A stretch of 64,000 bases of DNA from Tubiluchus corallicola (GCA_030141605.1 JAQGDQ010000736.1:1-64000); one strand, 5' to 3'. Shown: positions 49,698 through 64,000, counted from the stretch's first letter. Notes: generated by a model not told the origin, from the sequence alone. Made by a program: numbers and translations.

Positions 49698-50519
49698 GGG
49701 TAGATGCGCCGACAAACGTAATTAAATTATTGGATTAAATTTAACAAGTTAGTCCAAGTTGTTGACAAGCCACTGGCATAGCAGGGTCTAGTTTTTTGCT
49801 GGATTGCTGCTGTGTTTACCTGTCACGAGGGCGTATTTCTTTTACTTTAGGATTCTACCTGCCCAATGTCTACAATAGACGTACTGAGCATAACATTGTA
49901 ATGATGATGATGCTGCTGCTGATGATGATGATGATGATGATGATATAAAATTTACTTGAAACATTTACACATTGACCTTTGTAAAAATGCTGAAATGGCA
50001 TTAAGCAAAATGTTGCAATATAACAAAAATGTTTTATTTTAAAGGTCCATTTAACCCCAATATACATTATTATTAAATAATACATAGCAATATACAATAT
50101 ACATAGCTATTATTAAATAAAAGAGATTTATAAATTAAATAATTTAGCTTTTTCTGCTAATTTTGAACGCGTGCATTGCTGCAAAAACGCCGTCTTTGGC
50201 GCAAGTGAACGAGAATGACGTACAAGATACAGAAAGCGTCTTTAGTGACCAATGTTCGTTTACAGATCTTTGGTGACCTCGCGATTTATTCATAATGTCA
50301 TTTGTCTTGCCCAACGAAAAATGGCGGTTCTTCGAATTTAATACCGCTAACAATGAAGTGACAAAAGATCAAAACAAACAAGTTTTACAGTAAGTTAATG
50401 ATAAAATAAATTGAATATTCGTAATGAGAGTAGGATTTTAAGGTGTAAAAGCTCATTATTATAGTGAGGGTGTAGTTTGACTTTAACTAACAGTCCTACC
50501 AGTCGGCCTAACAGTGATT

Positions 50520-50900
50520 GTTCATCATTGTGTGTGTTCATTCATCGAAGGACTGCTGCCAAGCGCTTCAGTCCTTAGCTACTCTGCAGGATGAAGCATC
50601 TTTTAGTATTAGAGATGTTCCACCCAGATCTTTTTGCTTGAAATCTATCCATGTAGGTAATTTGCCGCTACCCGGCTTCATTGATGGTTGAACTGATTCA
50701 AGGAAAGCTTTAATAAGTGGACTATCTTCTGGCAATCTCAGAGTGTGACCCACCCAATTAAGTCTTCTGAATTTAATCTTCCTGGTCCATTTTTCTTCCT
50801 TGATTTTATCGCACAAATCTTTGTTGTTTATAACTTTTGGCAATTTCTTTGCCACATTATAACAATCTCCACTAACGATCTGTATAAGCGTCTTATATAA
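50520..50900 (-). mobile_element. RTE-like LINE 3' fragment
   Basis: INNKDL...KIKFRRLNWVGHTLRLPEDSPLIKA...PTWID...KDL, typical RTE-clade ORF C-terminus. Confidence 0.75.
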
Positions 50901-51577
50901 AAAATCTGTATAAAAAGTCATTATTGTGCAAAACATTTAAGACACTGATGAATGTTGTCCGAAGCAGTTTGGTTGTTGTTATGCTTGAATACAGAACTGA
51001 GGGATGCCACGTTACGAACAATTGCCAAAAATAGCAAAGCCCAGTTTAGCCTAAAACAGTTTTGATGTGGACGGAGCCGTGCTGATTCAAAATCTACATA
51101 ATTCCAAGTTCTAGGAGGCGCATATTTTGCTGCTTGTCATGCCACTTGTCAGGCGGTAGTGTGATTTTTCAGAAGAGAATGATGGAAAATGTACCTTGAT
51201 GTATTGTTTCTTCTGTTACAGTTTGTGTTTATGCCTGGCTTCTATTTCGCTGCTGCTCACAATTAATCCAGCCTGTGATATTAGCCGTACATTCATGCTA
51301 TTCCCTTAGGTATGCAGGCCTAAGAATCTACATCTATCGCCAATAAGACACAGCTGTAACAATAATTATTAGTGAGGCTTGCTTGAGGGCGAACATCCTT
51401 GGGATTCTGTTTGTCCAATAGAACAGACAGGCGTAAACGATGGCGACCAGCGATGCTTAATTTTTGATTCGGGTAGGTTTGTTTTGTTCTCGTGCTATTA
51501 ATACAGCCCCAAGGGGGACTACTGTGACGACAGTTCATTATAAATCAGATCTTCAAAGTATTAATCTTCATGTAATA

Positions 51578-51885
51578 CAGGGTGTTCCAAAAGATATAGA
51601 ACTATATCCATGTAGCCGAACTATAGCCATGTACAAATTCCAAGTTAAATGCATATGGAGGAGAATTGGAATTCTGCAAATACGTATGTATTTTAAAGCA
51701 AATGTGCACATGCAAAATGCCAATGATTAAGTGTCTGCAAATGCAAGTATGCTAATGCATAATTGTTATACAAATATAATTATATTTTTACATCATTATG
51801 ATGTCATAATCAAAAGTGCGTGATAAAACTCCTTTGAGATTCAATCAGGGTATTTCTACTGTACTATTTCTTTTGGAAAGCCCTG
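51578..51885. mobile_element. Tc1/mariner-type MITE
   Basis: TA|cagggtgttccaaaaga ... tcttttggaaagccctg|TA. Confidence 0.8.
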
Positions 51886-53559
51886 TATAACAGTGACATT
51901 ACAAGAAATTGTATATATTTTGTATAGGATTTCGTCGGTGTGTAATTACGGAAATGAAAACGCCCCAATCTCCAGTTAAGTGTGAAACAATTAGATCAAG
52001 ATGACAGATCTATAAGACTATTAGCTTTGTTATCGTGACAAAGTGTTTACGCCTATGTGTCGATGGAAACTGATCTATGCTCGGGCATGAAGAAGTTCAT
52101 CAAGCCTGCAAAATCTAATACTGATCATCAGTTTGTCCTTTTAGCGTAATTACTGACCAGCATAATAACATTGGACATTTAAAAATTAATTCAAAGACAC
52201 TAAAATATGTGACAATAAAGAAAATTCTTTCACTTTGAATGCTTTTACAGTCGACTTATATTCAGTGCCGTTCAGTATGGCTTCCGTACTGTCACTTTCC
52301 TGGGAAGTAATTGTTCCGTCTCAGACGAAGTATGTGTCTATCAGGCCCTTTTAATTTGATGTACACAGACCATACTGGCTCAACATATTTTTTCTTAGTA
52401 GTAGTGAGCGCCCAAGAAAGATGTACGGCAAGTTTACAGCCGAACTTCTATTTTGTCCTTCTTTAACTAAATTGCGCACGTCAGCCTATTTCAGCGAGAT
52501 GCAATGCAACATGATTGCAATATTATGCAAAATTTGTGACATGAAAATTAGAATGTGTTACGTAAAAGGTTGAAAGATGTTAAAGGAAAGACGAAAGCCT
52601 TCTAAGCACCTCACGTATTTGGTAAAATTACTTTTAAAGATGGGATCGTTTCATCCTTGGCGCTTCCATTTTGAACGCTCGTTCTTTCTTCCACCAATGA
52701 CTTCTGAAAAATCGACTGAAAAAAGCTTCGCACCGAATTTCTCTCAAAAATGCAATTTTTTACCAAAAAAATGTAGCTAAAAATTGTGACATTTTTCATA
52801 AACGTTACGTAAACTGCAAAAATTTTAATTAGTTTAAGCAACAGGCATTTACGGAAAGTAGTAATTCACTTACTAGAAGTCACGAAGTTTATCAATTACG
52901 TTATAATTTTCAACGGTAGTGTGAACCAACTTTGCGTTTATAGACCTAAGTTCAAGTGATAACAGTAAAATAAGCCCAACATGATAAGTGACTTGTGCTT
53001 TCCTTTAATCAAGAACAGTTGTTAAAGAAAACTTTGACCAATTAAATTCTATAATATTGTTCCGGGGTTCGACCCGGTAGATAGCCATCGGTGATGCGGG
53101 TAAGCGCTGCATAACGGACACTCCAGAAATTTAAACAAAAGAAACAACAAAACCAAAACTTAGAATTCAAAAGGGACGGCTGAGAAGAACAACACAATAG
53201 AAAAGAAACAAAACCTGATGACAATGCTTCAAACCGTACGGAATCCACGACACTCGGCAGGCAGACAGGAGAAGTGCATTCCACGACAACCAGAAGACAA
53301 CTGACGATGTCACGTGTTCGTTCTTTCCCCAGGAAACCACTGCTCAACCAATCGCAGGTAATGTTATGGGCTTCCGAGTTTAAAGTGGAGGTCATAACAT
53401 TACCTGCAGGTTGGCTAGCTGGTGCCTATGAATAGAACTGTATAATGCACTGTTCCCTGTTCAGCTCAGTATGAATGCATCGTCATATATCGTAGACAGT
53501 GATATGTTGCACCTGCTTTCAATATGGCAGCAATGCTTAACCCATTAAGACTGAAGACT

Positions 53560-54960
53560 TACTGCAACATTAACGAGACCAACGTGAGAGATAAATCAGA
53601 CAAACTACCAAACACATGCGGCAATTTTCTAACCACAACACAAAGACTGCCCATTGCGTAAATTTCCCATTTTGGCAGTTAAGCACGGTGCGTCATTGCC
53701 TGGAGAAATTAACAGCAAAATCATGGCTTCTTTCAATGAGAACCCGTTCTATTTAAATGAAGCAGAGAGAAGAATTTGGGTCTTCTATGGCTGACTACAC
53801 ACACAAAACACGCAAATTGTCTAACAGTTTGTTTAAAATAAATTATTATAAAACGCATTCAAATAAATTGAAGCGGATTAAAACAGCTTCGAGAAAACAA
53901 CAGTATTCGCAAATTATCCGAAATAATAAAAAAATATGGAGAAAGTTTAGTCAAGTTTTTAACAGTACTTGCAATACGACCAAATATACAAACACATTCC
54001 AAACAAAGTTATAGACAAAGGAGTTGAAATCACAGAGCATTCCACTATAACATAATGAAAATTTTTAATACGTCCTGACATAAGTGCTGATACGAAAAAA
54101 AAATATAGCAAGTTCCAAATCACTTTGACTCATATCTTAGTAATCTTCACCCATTCTTCTCTAATCCTATTATAATAACTGAAACAGAATTATTAATACA
54201 CAAATATATCGCAACAGAAATTTTATCGCCAGTGTTAACTATATTATTCAATAAATCTATTTCTACCGACAGTTTCTTGATACATGTTTAAAATAGCCAA
54301 GATAGTTCCCGTGCATAAAAACGGTGTTCCTTAGGGATCAACCATTGGCCTCTTATTATTCTTGACCTATATTAATAATCCCTCTTTGGCCTACAAATCA
54401 AATTAAATATTTAAGACTATGAATAGATAATAAAATGCCATGGAAGCAAAACAAATGGCATAATGCACAAAATCGATTAAGTTATTGGCATTATATCCAA
54501 AATTAGACATTACGTAGATAAAGATATACTCAAGATTGTCTATTATGTACTGGCTTGCTTTTGCACCAACAAATGCATTACAAGCACTGATAACTGCACA
54601 ACATAAAATTGCCAAGTTAAGGATTTTTGCAAATCAAGGAAAGTGCAACACTTGCCTATAAGAATTTATATACCCAAAATTTGTGACATCTGTAACACTG
54701 AACTTGCCAAATTTGTCTTTAAATTTCAACGTAATTTACTGCCTTCATAATTATACTTGTAATATAATATAATCAATATAATAATAGATTTGCGAGGAAT
54801 TGCTTTTTTCTAAGCCGATTTGCAAGTACAGAAGTCCAATGCTCACTTAAATACAAAGGAATCAAATTGTGGAGCTCTCTTTTGTCGGATCTTACAAAAG
54901 GGACTCTGTATGCGTTTCAAAAAATATGTAAAAAAACTACTAGCTAAATACAATAACGAC
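53560..54960 (+). mobile_element. Decayed CR1/L2-group LINE ORF2
   Basis: YKTHSNKLKRIK..SRKQQY..NNKKIW; KIAKIVPVHK; GVP*GSTIGLLLFLTYINN (RT motif); KYKGIKLWS near the 3' end. Confidence 0.75.
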
Positions 54961-55243
54961 TAAAGATTTCATTTCGCATCTTTCTACTACTTCACATTAT
55001 GTGATGCCAATTAGGTATAACGGATTCAAATCTACGAAAATTGTAATGATTAATTTCTACTTACTTGCAGGTCCTGAAGCTGAGATAAACTTTCCCGAAA
55101 TATTGATTAGGACTATAAATGGACGAGTTTTTTCAACTTTGTTGCCTCATTTATTTCTGGTTCTAAGAAACAATGTTTAGTAAAACTTGTTTACAGATTG
55201 TTTGCAGCGCTTTGTATTATTATTGTTTGGCTATGAAGTGCTC

Positions 55244-55623
55244 AATAAGCCTTTTCACAGTTTCAGCGATTTAGTGATCGTGAAAAGGTCAAAGGTTAAG
55301 CCAGACAACATATTTGTGTACCTACACTTGACTCCGCCTCGCAGCCCAAGCTACTGTAATAGTTAACAGTTTAAAACAGCTATCTAGAACCTCACTAGTT
55401 CATTTTTTCTTGCTCTCAAGCAAGACGTTGCTAGTAAACTACTTTACGCACAGTCTAATGTATAATTAAGTAAAGTCAACGTGAAGCAACTGAAGCGGTA
55501 GAAGGCTTTGTTTTACACACATGTCACGTGACGGTTGTAGCTAAGACGCATTGCTGCGGTACGCTTAACCCTTTACCTACAGTAACTGCGCGTGCGCATA
55601 ACGAAACTGTGAAAAGGCTTATT
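55244..55623. mobile_element. MITE with about 21-bp perfect TIRs
   Basis: aataagccttttcacagtttc / gaaactgtgaaaaggcttatt. Confidence 0.8.
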
Positions 55624-56127
55624 AAAGAGAATTGAGCTTAGAATTGTTGTTTGAAGTTGAGAGGAGTTTAGAATTGGTCAGGACCTTCACATCACATTTA
55701 TTATCTTAACTAGCTGCGCTTAATTCGCCAGTTATGGCGGGACTCGACTTGCTGTCATGGTCTGTTGTTGTCAAGAAAGCTTCATGTGCAAATTACGCAT
55801 CAACGTGCCAGTTCTAAATAACGGTGAAGAATGCTGAAGGTCTTTACATGAATATTTATTAGGGAAGCTATAAGATAAGGTCATCCACAATTACTTCGTA
55901 ACGCAATTGTCCCTTGGAAACTGGTAATCATGGTGGAAATTTGAATATCGGGTGGACAGATTGTTGATTGAAATTTATTTGTAGTGGAAAGCTAGGTCGA
56001 GGAATAGAAGGGTGGGCGGAACAATTCTCAGCAGATAAAAGCGGGCCACTGGCTTTACGTACTGATCGCACTAACACTTTAGTCATCAAACTGCAGTACA
56101 AGCATATTTAATCATGTATTTAATTCA

Positions 56128-58330
56128 ATGGCTTCTGAATGTATGTCAAACGAAATGATTAAAGCAACTATTCCATTTTTAAGTCCTTGTTTGTGCAAAG
56201 TGTTTATTTACCTGCACGAAAAGTATCTCACAATTTGGCAAGAAAGTTACGTAATGCCAAGACACAAAAGAAGACGACAAAAATTACAGAGGGTGTGGAG
56301 CAAACTGTTTGCTACTGTCTTAAATAAACGTCTGCAAGAATATTTAGTAGCGAATAATATCATTTCAAATACTCAAATTAGATTTCAAAAGGGCCGCCCA
56401 TTTGACGACCATATTTTTAACTCGTAAATGACAGTGGTAAACTATTTTTGTTTCATATATGAAAAAAACCATTTGACTCCATGTGGAGGGTGACACGGGA
56501 AATCTTTGACAGTTTCAATTTTGATTTAGGGTTGAAACGAGGCTGTGCTCGGTCCAGCATTGTTTTCACTTTTTATAAACTATCTCTCCAATGAACTTAA
56601 TGCAGAATGTGACCGAATTACAATTTTTCATAGTAAAATAAACCATATCGCCGAGGACATAATTTTAGTTTTCTCTAGCAAAATAGTTTGCGGACGCTCC
56701 TGAATAAATTAAGATTATATTGTGATATATTGTCATTAAAAGTTAATTTATCTAAACAAAAATGATTATTTTTATGCATTTGGTAGCCAATTGAAACACA
56801 GAAAGGTTTATTATGAAACTAGGTTGATAGAAAACTGCAAAAAACTGCCAGAATTATAACTATTTTGGTATCTATATGTGTGCTCCTGCCTTACTGGCTA
56901 ACAGTATTGGTGCGGTAAAAGATAAAGATTACAAATCGCCGTATTCAATAACTGTTTTGTCGCGATTTAAATGTAAGTTCATCTGTGAATACATTCAGCA
57001 GTGCTGTTCAACCGATTTTAACTAACATCTCTAGTTAAAACGTGGCTCCATTTTCATTTAATAATTCTTTGAATAAGCTTGGAAGCTGACTATGGTAAAT
57101 TCGATACCGTATATGCAAAATTCTGTAAATATGTGTTTGGAGGGCACTCAAAGGCTGCTGACCTAGCTGCTGACCTAGCTGCTGCCCTAGCTGTTAAGGC
57201 AGAGTTGCGATTGTACCCCACATATATTAACGTAATTAAAAGGATGGCTAATTTTTGGTTGCATGTTTTTCAAATTCCAAATTCTTTGGTATTTTATGCA
57301 TGCTTATTAAGTAAACAAATTAGGAATGAGGGCATTTGTACGTGCGTAACGTGCGTTAAGAAAGTTTTGTGTAATCTCTGTAATGTATGGATAGTAAACA
57401 ATTACTACACGCTATTACAAAGAAATTGAAGAAATTGTATGAACAATATTTTTTACTGATATTTATAATGACAATCTTTGGGGACAATCTAATTTGCGCA
57501 CATATAGGCTTTTTAAATCAGGTATGAGAGCTAAAAAGTTATCTATTTTTTTTAAATGTATCTAAAAAGGCTGTGTGCCAATTTTGCAATAAATTATAAA
57601 TGCACATAAACTCGCAGTTGAAGTACCGTATTTTCCCGTTTATAAGAGACCCTTGTGTATAAGAGACCCCTTCAATTTTTAGGCAAAAATTCTGGAAAAA
57701 AGTTTTTTCAGACGGACATTTTTAGAGGGTAAAGTACAACTTTTTTCAACTCAGTGCGGTACTGAAAACAAAATAAAACCAGTTAATGTGTTGTAGAAAA
57801 AGAGTACTGGTATATATTAAAGTGCGTACCTGCAAACCTGTAACAGGAAAAGAGAAAACGAGGAGATAATGCCTGTGTCACGATGCTTGTATTGCTTACA
57901 ACCGCTTCATAGTCGAACGCCACACGCAAAACAGTTGTAGAGCACTTATTTCTTTAAAATCATTAGTGTCACAATTTATGCATCTTATTGAAAAGACTTA
58001 CTCCCATGTATAAGAGACCCCCTATTTTTAAAGTGAAAATTCTGAGCAAAAAAGGGTCTCTTATACACGGGAAAATACGGTAGCCTGGTATTCACCGTCC
58101 ATAATTTCTCCAAATTCGAGAATTTGTAAATTTTGTAACATCAGTGTAACAAAAGACGAACTACACTTTAATAAAGGTATAGTAGATATAAGAAACTCTG
58201 TAAGAACGAAATTCTATTCAGATATAACAAGTATTGTCGAAAATGGCATTCCTAGTATAATTAATCATTCAACCTTTACTACTTTATTAAAGTGTATCGC
58301 AAACGCGAATGTAATGATAGGCTATACATG
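56128..58330 (+). mobile_element. Decayed CR1/L2-group LINE ORF2 (RT and C-terminal domain)
   Basis: SNEMIK..KLFATVLNKRLQEYLVANNIISNTQIRFQKGR..DHIF; GLKRGC; KFCKYVFG..AVKAELRLYP; AHKLAVE..RICKFCN..KDELHF. Confidence 0.8.
57626..58080. mobile_element. pogo/Tc1-mariner-type MITE nested in the LINE
   Basis: TA|ccgtattttcccgtttataagagaccc ... gggtctcttatacacgggaaaatacgg|TA. Confidence 0.9.
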
Positions 58331-59109
58331 TACTAGAATAATTTAAAGCCACGTAAAAAATAACTGGTGTGCGTAGTAGACTTAATGTGACAAGTCATTA
58401 ATTTAGTAATTACTAATTAGCCATAAAATGTTTCTTGAATACCTGCCAAACTGAATTTTCCTGGTCAGGACCATATATGCCTGCTCAGGGAGTTTTTCCT
58501 TGGAAAACTGTTATCTTGTGATGCAGGGCATAATACCTGTTTTGTCTATACACCATACTCTAATGCTTGTCTATGCACAATAATTAGTAAAATGCTAGGT
58601 TAGATAGCTTAAAATGTTATTTTTTTACGGTAAAACTTTGATGTTTTGTACTAACTTATAAGGTACCGACTAACCAATTTGTTATAATCTATTTTCGTGT
58701 CTTAAATGCAATAATTATCATTTAGTGTTTTAGTAGTTGTGTTCGTGTTTTCATGGCTAAGAGAGAAATTCAGATCCCACAAACTACACTAAAAATCAAA
58801 ACAATTTCTAGTTAGATTAAGGGACCTTCGAGCTTTAACGTTTCGATTACATGTAGAATAACGGCATTAATCGTAATGACATAGTACCTAAAACTCTGAT
58901 CAATACATTGTCTACCCATTTTATTATGCGGATGCGAAATTGGAGGTCTATCAAACAATGAAGTTAATGCCGTTAGGTAAAATGGAACACTGCTTATAGA
59001 AAAATATTCGGTTTTAGACAAAATGAAAGCGTGAAATTGTTAATGTATTTTTGTGGCACAATGCCTGCGAATTATTTAATTGATAGTCGAAAATTAAACT
59101 TTGTGAGAA

Positions 59110-59436
59110 AATTGCAAAGTCTTGCAAATTGAGAATTAAAAAGCTATGCTATTATGTAAATGACAGTCAAGTAAATTCAAGACAAATATGGTTGTACTGT
59201 AGATCTAAACGAAAATGTAAAATTAAATTTTAAGAACTCATTTAAAGATTATGTTTTAAGATATCTATTATAGCTCCTTACAACACTGTATACTGTAATA
59301 TAATTACAAGGGAACTACAATGTGTGGTTATTATAAAGTTGAATGTCTGTAGATATGTTACTTTACTATTATCGCATTACCTGTTTTACAGCATCTTTAT
59401 CTTTGTAAACGGTATATTTTTATACGAAATAAACTC

Positions 59437-59508
<72 letters not shown>

Positions 59509-62500
59509 AGAAAAGCTTTTCAGTCTGATTGCTTTAAAACCATAAAGAAACAATTTATGAAAACACGAAAGTTCTCAACATATCCGTCGTTTTCAAACAC
59601 ATGTAAATATGATAAATTTGTGTTTTTAGTAATATAAATGATACTGAGGTAAAAGGTATTTTGACAAGTATATTTACGACATATTTACAGTCGGAAGCCA
59701 TATAGAAACTATAAGTTTGCACTGCATTGTGTTATAATGTAAATAAATGATACTTGAATGAGAGGTATTTTTTTCAAAATAACGCTAGTTTGTTTATGAT
59801 TTAGCTCTAATAATAACATTATAGGACAGTTTTCGTTTTTGACAGATACGTATCTGTCACTGCTGCTATAAAATTGCTAAATAGTTTCACAGCAAGTGAA
59901 AAGTCTCTTTTGGCGAACATCCAACTGAAGCCTAGAACGGCCTGCCTTCATTGGAGTGACTTAGTTAGACAAAATACATCGCCACCATAAGATGTATTAT
60001 AAATTATGCTAACCTTCCCATGTTGCACCTTGGTTTTATGTTGCCGTAATTCCTTAGCAGTTCACAATCTACAGTTCGATTCTTGCTCTCCACATTATTC
60101 ATTTCCAACAAGAACAACAGCAAGAGCAATGTCAATGTTGATGACGATGACCACAACAATAGCAACAGCAGCAGCAAGAGCAATGGCAACAACGACAACA
60201 AAGTACTGTGACCGTTAGCTACTCATTTTGCCATCTTTGACACTGTGTGCAGTGGTCTCGAACAGAGAAGCAAAAAGTGACGGGTATCTAGCTCATGTCC
60301 AGACGGCTTCGTGTGCAAACATTAATTATTATACCTTTATAAGTTTGGTTTTATTATGCGGACACTGGACGAACATATATGTTGACCTTCTGACCTTGAC
60401 CTTTCGATTTTTAAAGCCTAAAAGCAAAGGACTTCCAGTTCTTGTTTTGACCTATCCCAAGCCAAGTCGGTAATTCATCCACTTTCACTTTACTGTGTGA
60501 ACAGACATATAGACATGCAGACATACAGACAAAAACAGCAACTAAACGCCTAACGAGGTGATGATGAGTCCAAGCTTTTAATAAACTCAGTGCGCATCGT
60601 TAGACAATCCTTGTCAAAATCAATAGGTGTTTTTCACTGCTTGGACGCTTGAGAAAAGCCGCAGTTATAACATCTAAAACTAACTGCACAAAGCGGAACG
60701 GCAAAATGGAGTATCCATTGCAAAAGATTGCAAATCAGATCCTCCTGAGATTTGGGAAATCAACAGAACGTAGCAAACGTCTTAACTAATGAAAGTCGTA
60801 TCTAAATTAAATTTTTATCTTCATGGCAGAGACTGCTACTAAATGAGTCATTAGAACATCCATTAATTTCATAGCAGAAATTATATTGGTCTGTAATAGC
60901 GTTAACAAAGCTCTCTTTCTAAGTTCTATTAAGATGGCTGCCTTTGGGGAGATTTTTGGCTCCATCCCATCTCACGACTGTCAAGGCGGGCTTCCAAGGG
61001 ATAAAATATACTAAGTCGGACATCTAAAACTCAACATCTAACTGTTCATACTGGTTTAGTCTCAAGCCAAAAAGATTATTATAAAGTAAACGTAAAAGTA
61101 AAAAATAAAAACTAGCGCAAACACACCTTGCACAGTGAAATGCACACAGTTTTCAATCCATTCAGCTCAGTCCTATGGCAACAGAACAGCGTGTAAGGTG
61201 CTTCTAATATTACTTTATATTAGTCTCTTTGCTTTGAGACCTAAGCCAATATGAGCACTTAGATTACAGATATTAGCCCACCTTCTAAGTTCGAAGCCTT
61301 GAACATTCCCAAGAAATAGTTGTAGATGAGAAACAAATGGAACTTTCCCCTGCGGGTAGCCCTGTCAACGCAACATTAGAAAGAGGCTTAATTAATGCTG
61401 TTCAGTTGAAATGTGCACACGGTTTCAATGCACCATCATTACTAGATCTCTGCTCGTGAAAGAGAAAGCTAGACAGTACTCATGTTTGAAGGTCTGATTC
61501 AACAGCAAACACAAACGATTCAGCAAACATCGTATACAAGTTCAACTAACAAAGCCCAATTCTGGAGCAGAAAGGTTTACGGAAGAGCAGTAATTAAAGA
61601 AGAATTTTAATGTCTGTAGCTTGGGTTGGCAGGAATCCTGTCGTGAGAGAATAAAAATGTGAGTGATGATGGTAAAACGTTAAAAGGACGAGAATTTGGC
61701 GGAAAGGGTTTTAAAATTCCCAGAATTCAGAAAAAATGCATATCAGCAGAGCAGAAAGATACTTGGCCTAGCCGATTAATGAAGAAAATGACCTAAAAAT
61801 CTAATCTAGTCATTAACATGAAAATGCTAAGTCTTTTACTTTTATTCACGTCTTTTCCGCTTTTTCATATTACCGTCATTTTACGAATTTTCATTTTATC
61901 GCCATCATTTTGAGAATGATTGTAGATCAGAAACGGACTGTCTAGAGTTAGTAAAATGTCTGTCACCAATATAGGTATAAAGTGGCGTGCGTTTTGTCCT
62001 TGTCTTATACAACTGTGAAGCAAAAAGGTAAGAATCTCTCTCGGGTCTCGTATCACTGCTATTTTATCACCACTTTATCTTTATTATTTTGTTGGCAAGG
62101 CGCAACTAAAATTAATAAATAGAAAATGAAACTGAATCCAGGTATAGCCTTGCCTTAGCAATCCACGGAGACTGCACACAGTTTAAACCCCAAGAACGGA
62201 AAAAATGGACTATCATTACTGAGGAGAAAAAAACATAATTACTACCTACTGTGCGCCAGAAATTTTGAAAATTTGTAACAATAGCCCGAGAAAGAAACAC
62301 TGCAAAAAATGGGCGCACATATAAAAGAGGACATCGATATATCCATCCATGTACAGACAGCAGTGGCAGCAGCAACAGCAGAAGCAGCAGCAATACCAGT
62401 ACCAAAAAATTTTATTGACTAATTTTCAAAAACATTTGTAAAACATTATGACATAAAATTAGTTCACAACAATTTACAGTGTGCTATTTTCAAATCAAAT

Positions 62501-64000
62501 CAAATCGATTTATTTCACTCCAGCAATACATATACAATGCATCAACATACAATATGATTAGAAAAAAAACAGTATAGGAAAAAACATTGATGACGTCAAA
62601 TTAACCAAATAAAACTCGGGAATGAACCAGGAACCTTTAGATATACGCTCTACTACAGTTCAAAAAGGTTCCGACTGAACTCTGTATAAATAAGACTGTT
62701 CCAAATTTTGCAAGGGCAAATTTGAATACCGCTTTTCATGTAATTATACCATCCATACTAAAAACAAGCTACTGGTCACAGCTACAGCGACTAGTATGCT
62801 ACAGTAGAATACTATACAGAAAACACAAAGTAATTTAACTTAAATTTATTTAAATACTTTCAAAATCTCATAGCAAATCTTAAAAACAATGCCTGAACCA
62901 TTTAATCGATTTAAGAGAATTTGCATTTTATAAAGCTGTTACGTCTCACTCATATAGCTATATTATTAGAGTCCTTTGTGAAATAAATAAGAAAGGTCAA
63001 TCCATTCTTAAAAACATAAGACACGGGTGAACATATTTAGTATTAATGTAAAACATCTAGTAGAAAATGTATTTTATAAGGATCTAAATGCGAAAAACTT
63101 ACTATGAATTTCAAACCTGTAAAATATTGTAATTTATTTTAATATGTAACGTGAATATGATTGTATTGTATTTTATTATGTGCTGTACCTTTGATTCGAA
63201 AAGAGAAATAGAAACATTATCACCGCTAGTATCGAGGTTAGTGACTCAAAGTTTTCGTCTGAAAATTACCTTCTAAAGGTGTTGCATCGACATAGATTGC
63301 TGCTCATCATTTCCGATGGATTACATCATTTAACAGCAGTAATGGAGGTGAACCGCATGTGGTATCCCTTTTCAAAAGTTAATAATGGGCGATGCTAGGA
63401 GTTAATTACGATCAGAGCACAGAATTTTAAACCAGAGTTGATCACAGGATAGAATCTGTCCAAGTTCGTTGAGATCTTCAAGTTCGCCAAGTTCGTTTAC
63501 GTACACTAAAATGAGCTGCCCCTTTTGCATCACTTTTGAAAACAGAATTGCTTTTCGCGAAATTACGGGAGAGACGAGCTATAAAAGTTATGTGGAAGTG
63601 AGATTTTGTATTAATACTAAAATAGCTAGGTTACTTTTATAGCTGTTAGTAACTTTTATGGGTTATTCGATTATGCCGAATCATTTATTATTATGAGTTT
63701 ATTTCGTATAAAAATATACAGTTTACAAAGATAAAGATATTAGTAAAGTAACATATCTACAGACATTCAACTTTATAATGACCACACATTGTAGTTCCTT
63801 GTAATTATATTACATTATACAGTGTTGTAAGGAGCTATAATAGATATCTTAAAACATAATCTTTAAATGAGTTCTTAACCTTTAATTTTACATTTTCGTT
63901 TAGGTCTATAGTACAACCATATTTAAATCTTAAATTTACTTGACTGTTATTTACATAGTAGCATAGCTTTGGAATTCTCAATGTGCAAGAGTTTACAATT
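59110..64000. mobile_element. Long inverted repeat pair (59110-59455 and 63685-64000+), possible long-TIR/foldback element
   Basis: 63685-64000 is a high-identity reverse complement of 59110-59455 with one internal indel of about 30 bp. Confidence 0.7.
59448..59503. repeat. (AAT)n microsatellite
   Basis: direct observation. Confidence 0.95.

Noticed and set aside
53042-53395. 117-aa minus-strand ORF and a B-box-like ggttcgaccc
   Set aside because: No recognisable domain, no phase-compatible link to the receptor and no tRNA cloverleaf.

Overview
AT-rich, intron-rich, repeat-dense animal (invertebrate-like) genomic DNA with two convergent spliced genes. (1) On the + strand, the last three coding exons (761-4065) of a mitochondrial-clan cytochrome P450 with PERW and FGYGTRMCIG heme motifs; its 5' part lies before the window. 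(2) On the - strand, a relaxin-receptor-type LGR GPCR (RXFP1/2-like, type C1). I reconstructed it by hand from GT-AG exons with consistent phases: one LDLa module, linker, LRR-NT, ten LRRs, hinge, 7TM and a probable Cys/His-rich tail. It has about 22 coding exons and about 829 aa over 7569-43587; the first exon and the last two are the least certain. Introns and the 44-64 kb region are filled with decayed transposons (pogo, Tc1/mariner, Harbinger, hAT and IS3EU-like MITEs, CR1/L2 and RTE LINE fragments, a probable solo LTR, Penelope-like inverted remnants with hammerhead-ribozyme cores, a >300 bp inverted repeat pair) and long microsatellites. Most listed six-frame ORFs are spurious. I found no convincing wholly new multi-gene system. 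The best leads are the atypical ligand-binding surface and tail of the receptor, the hammerhead cores, and a 29-bp direct repeat bracketing the receptor's terminal exon.
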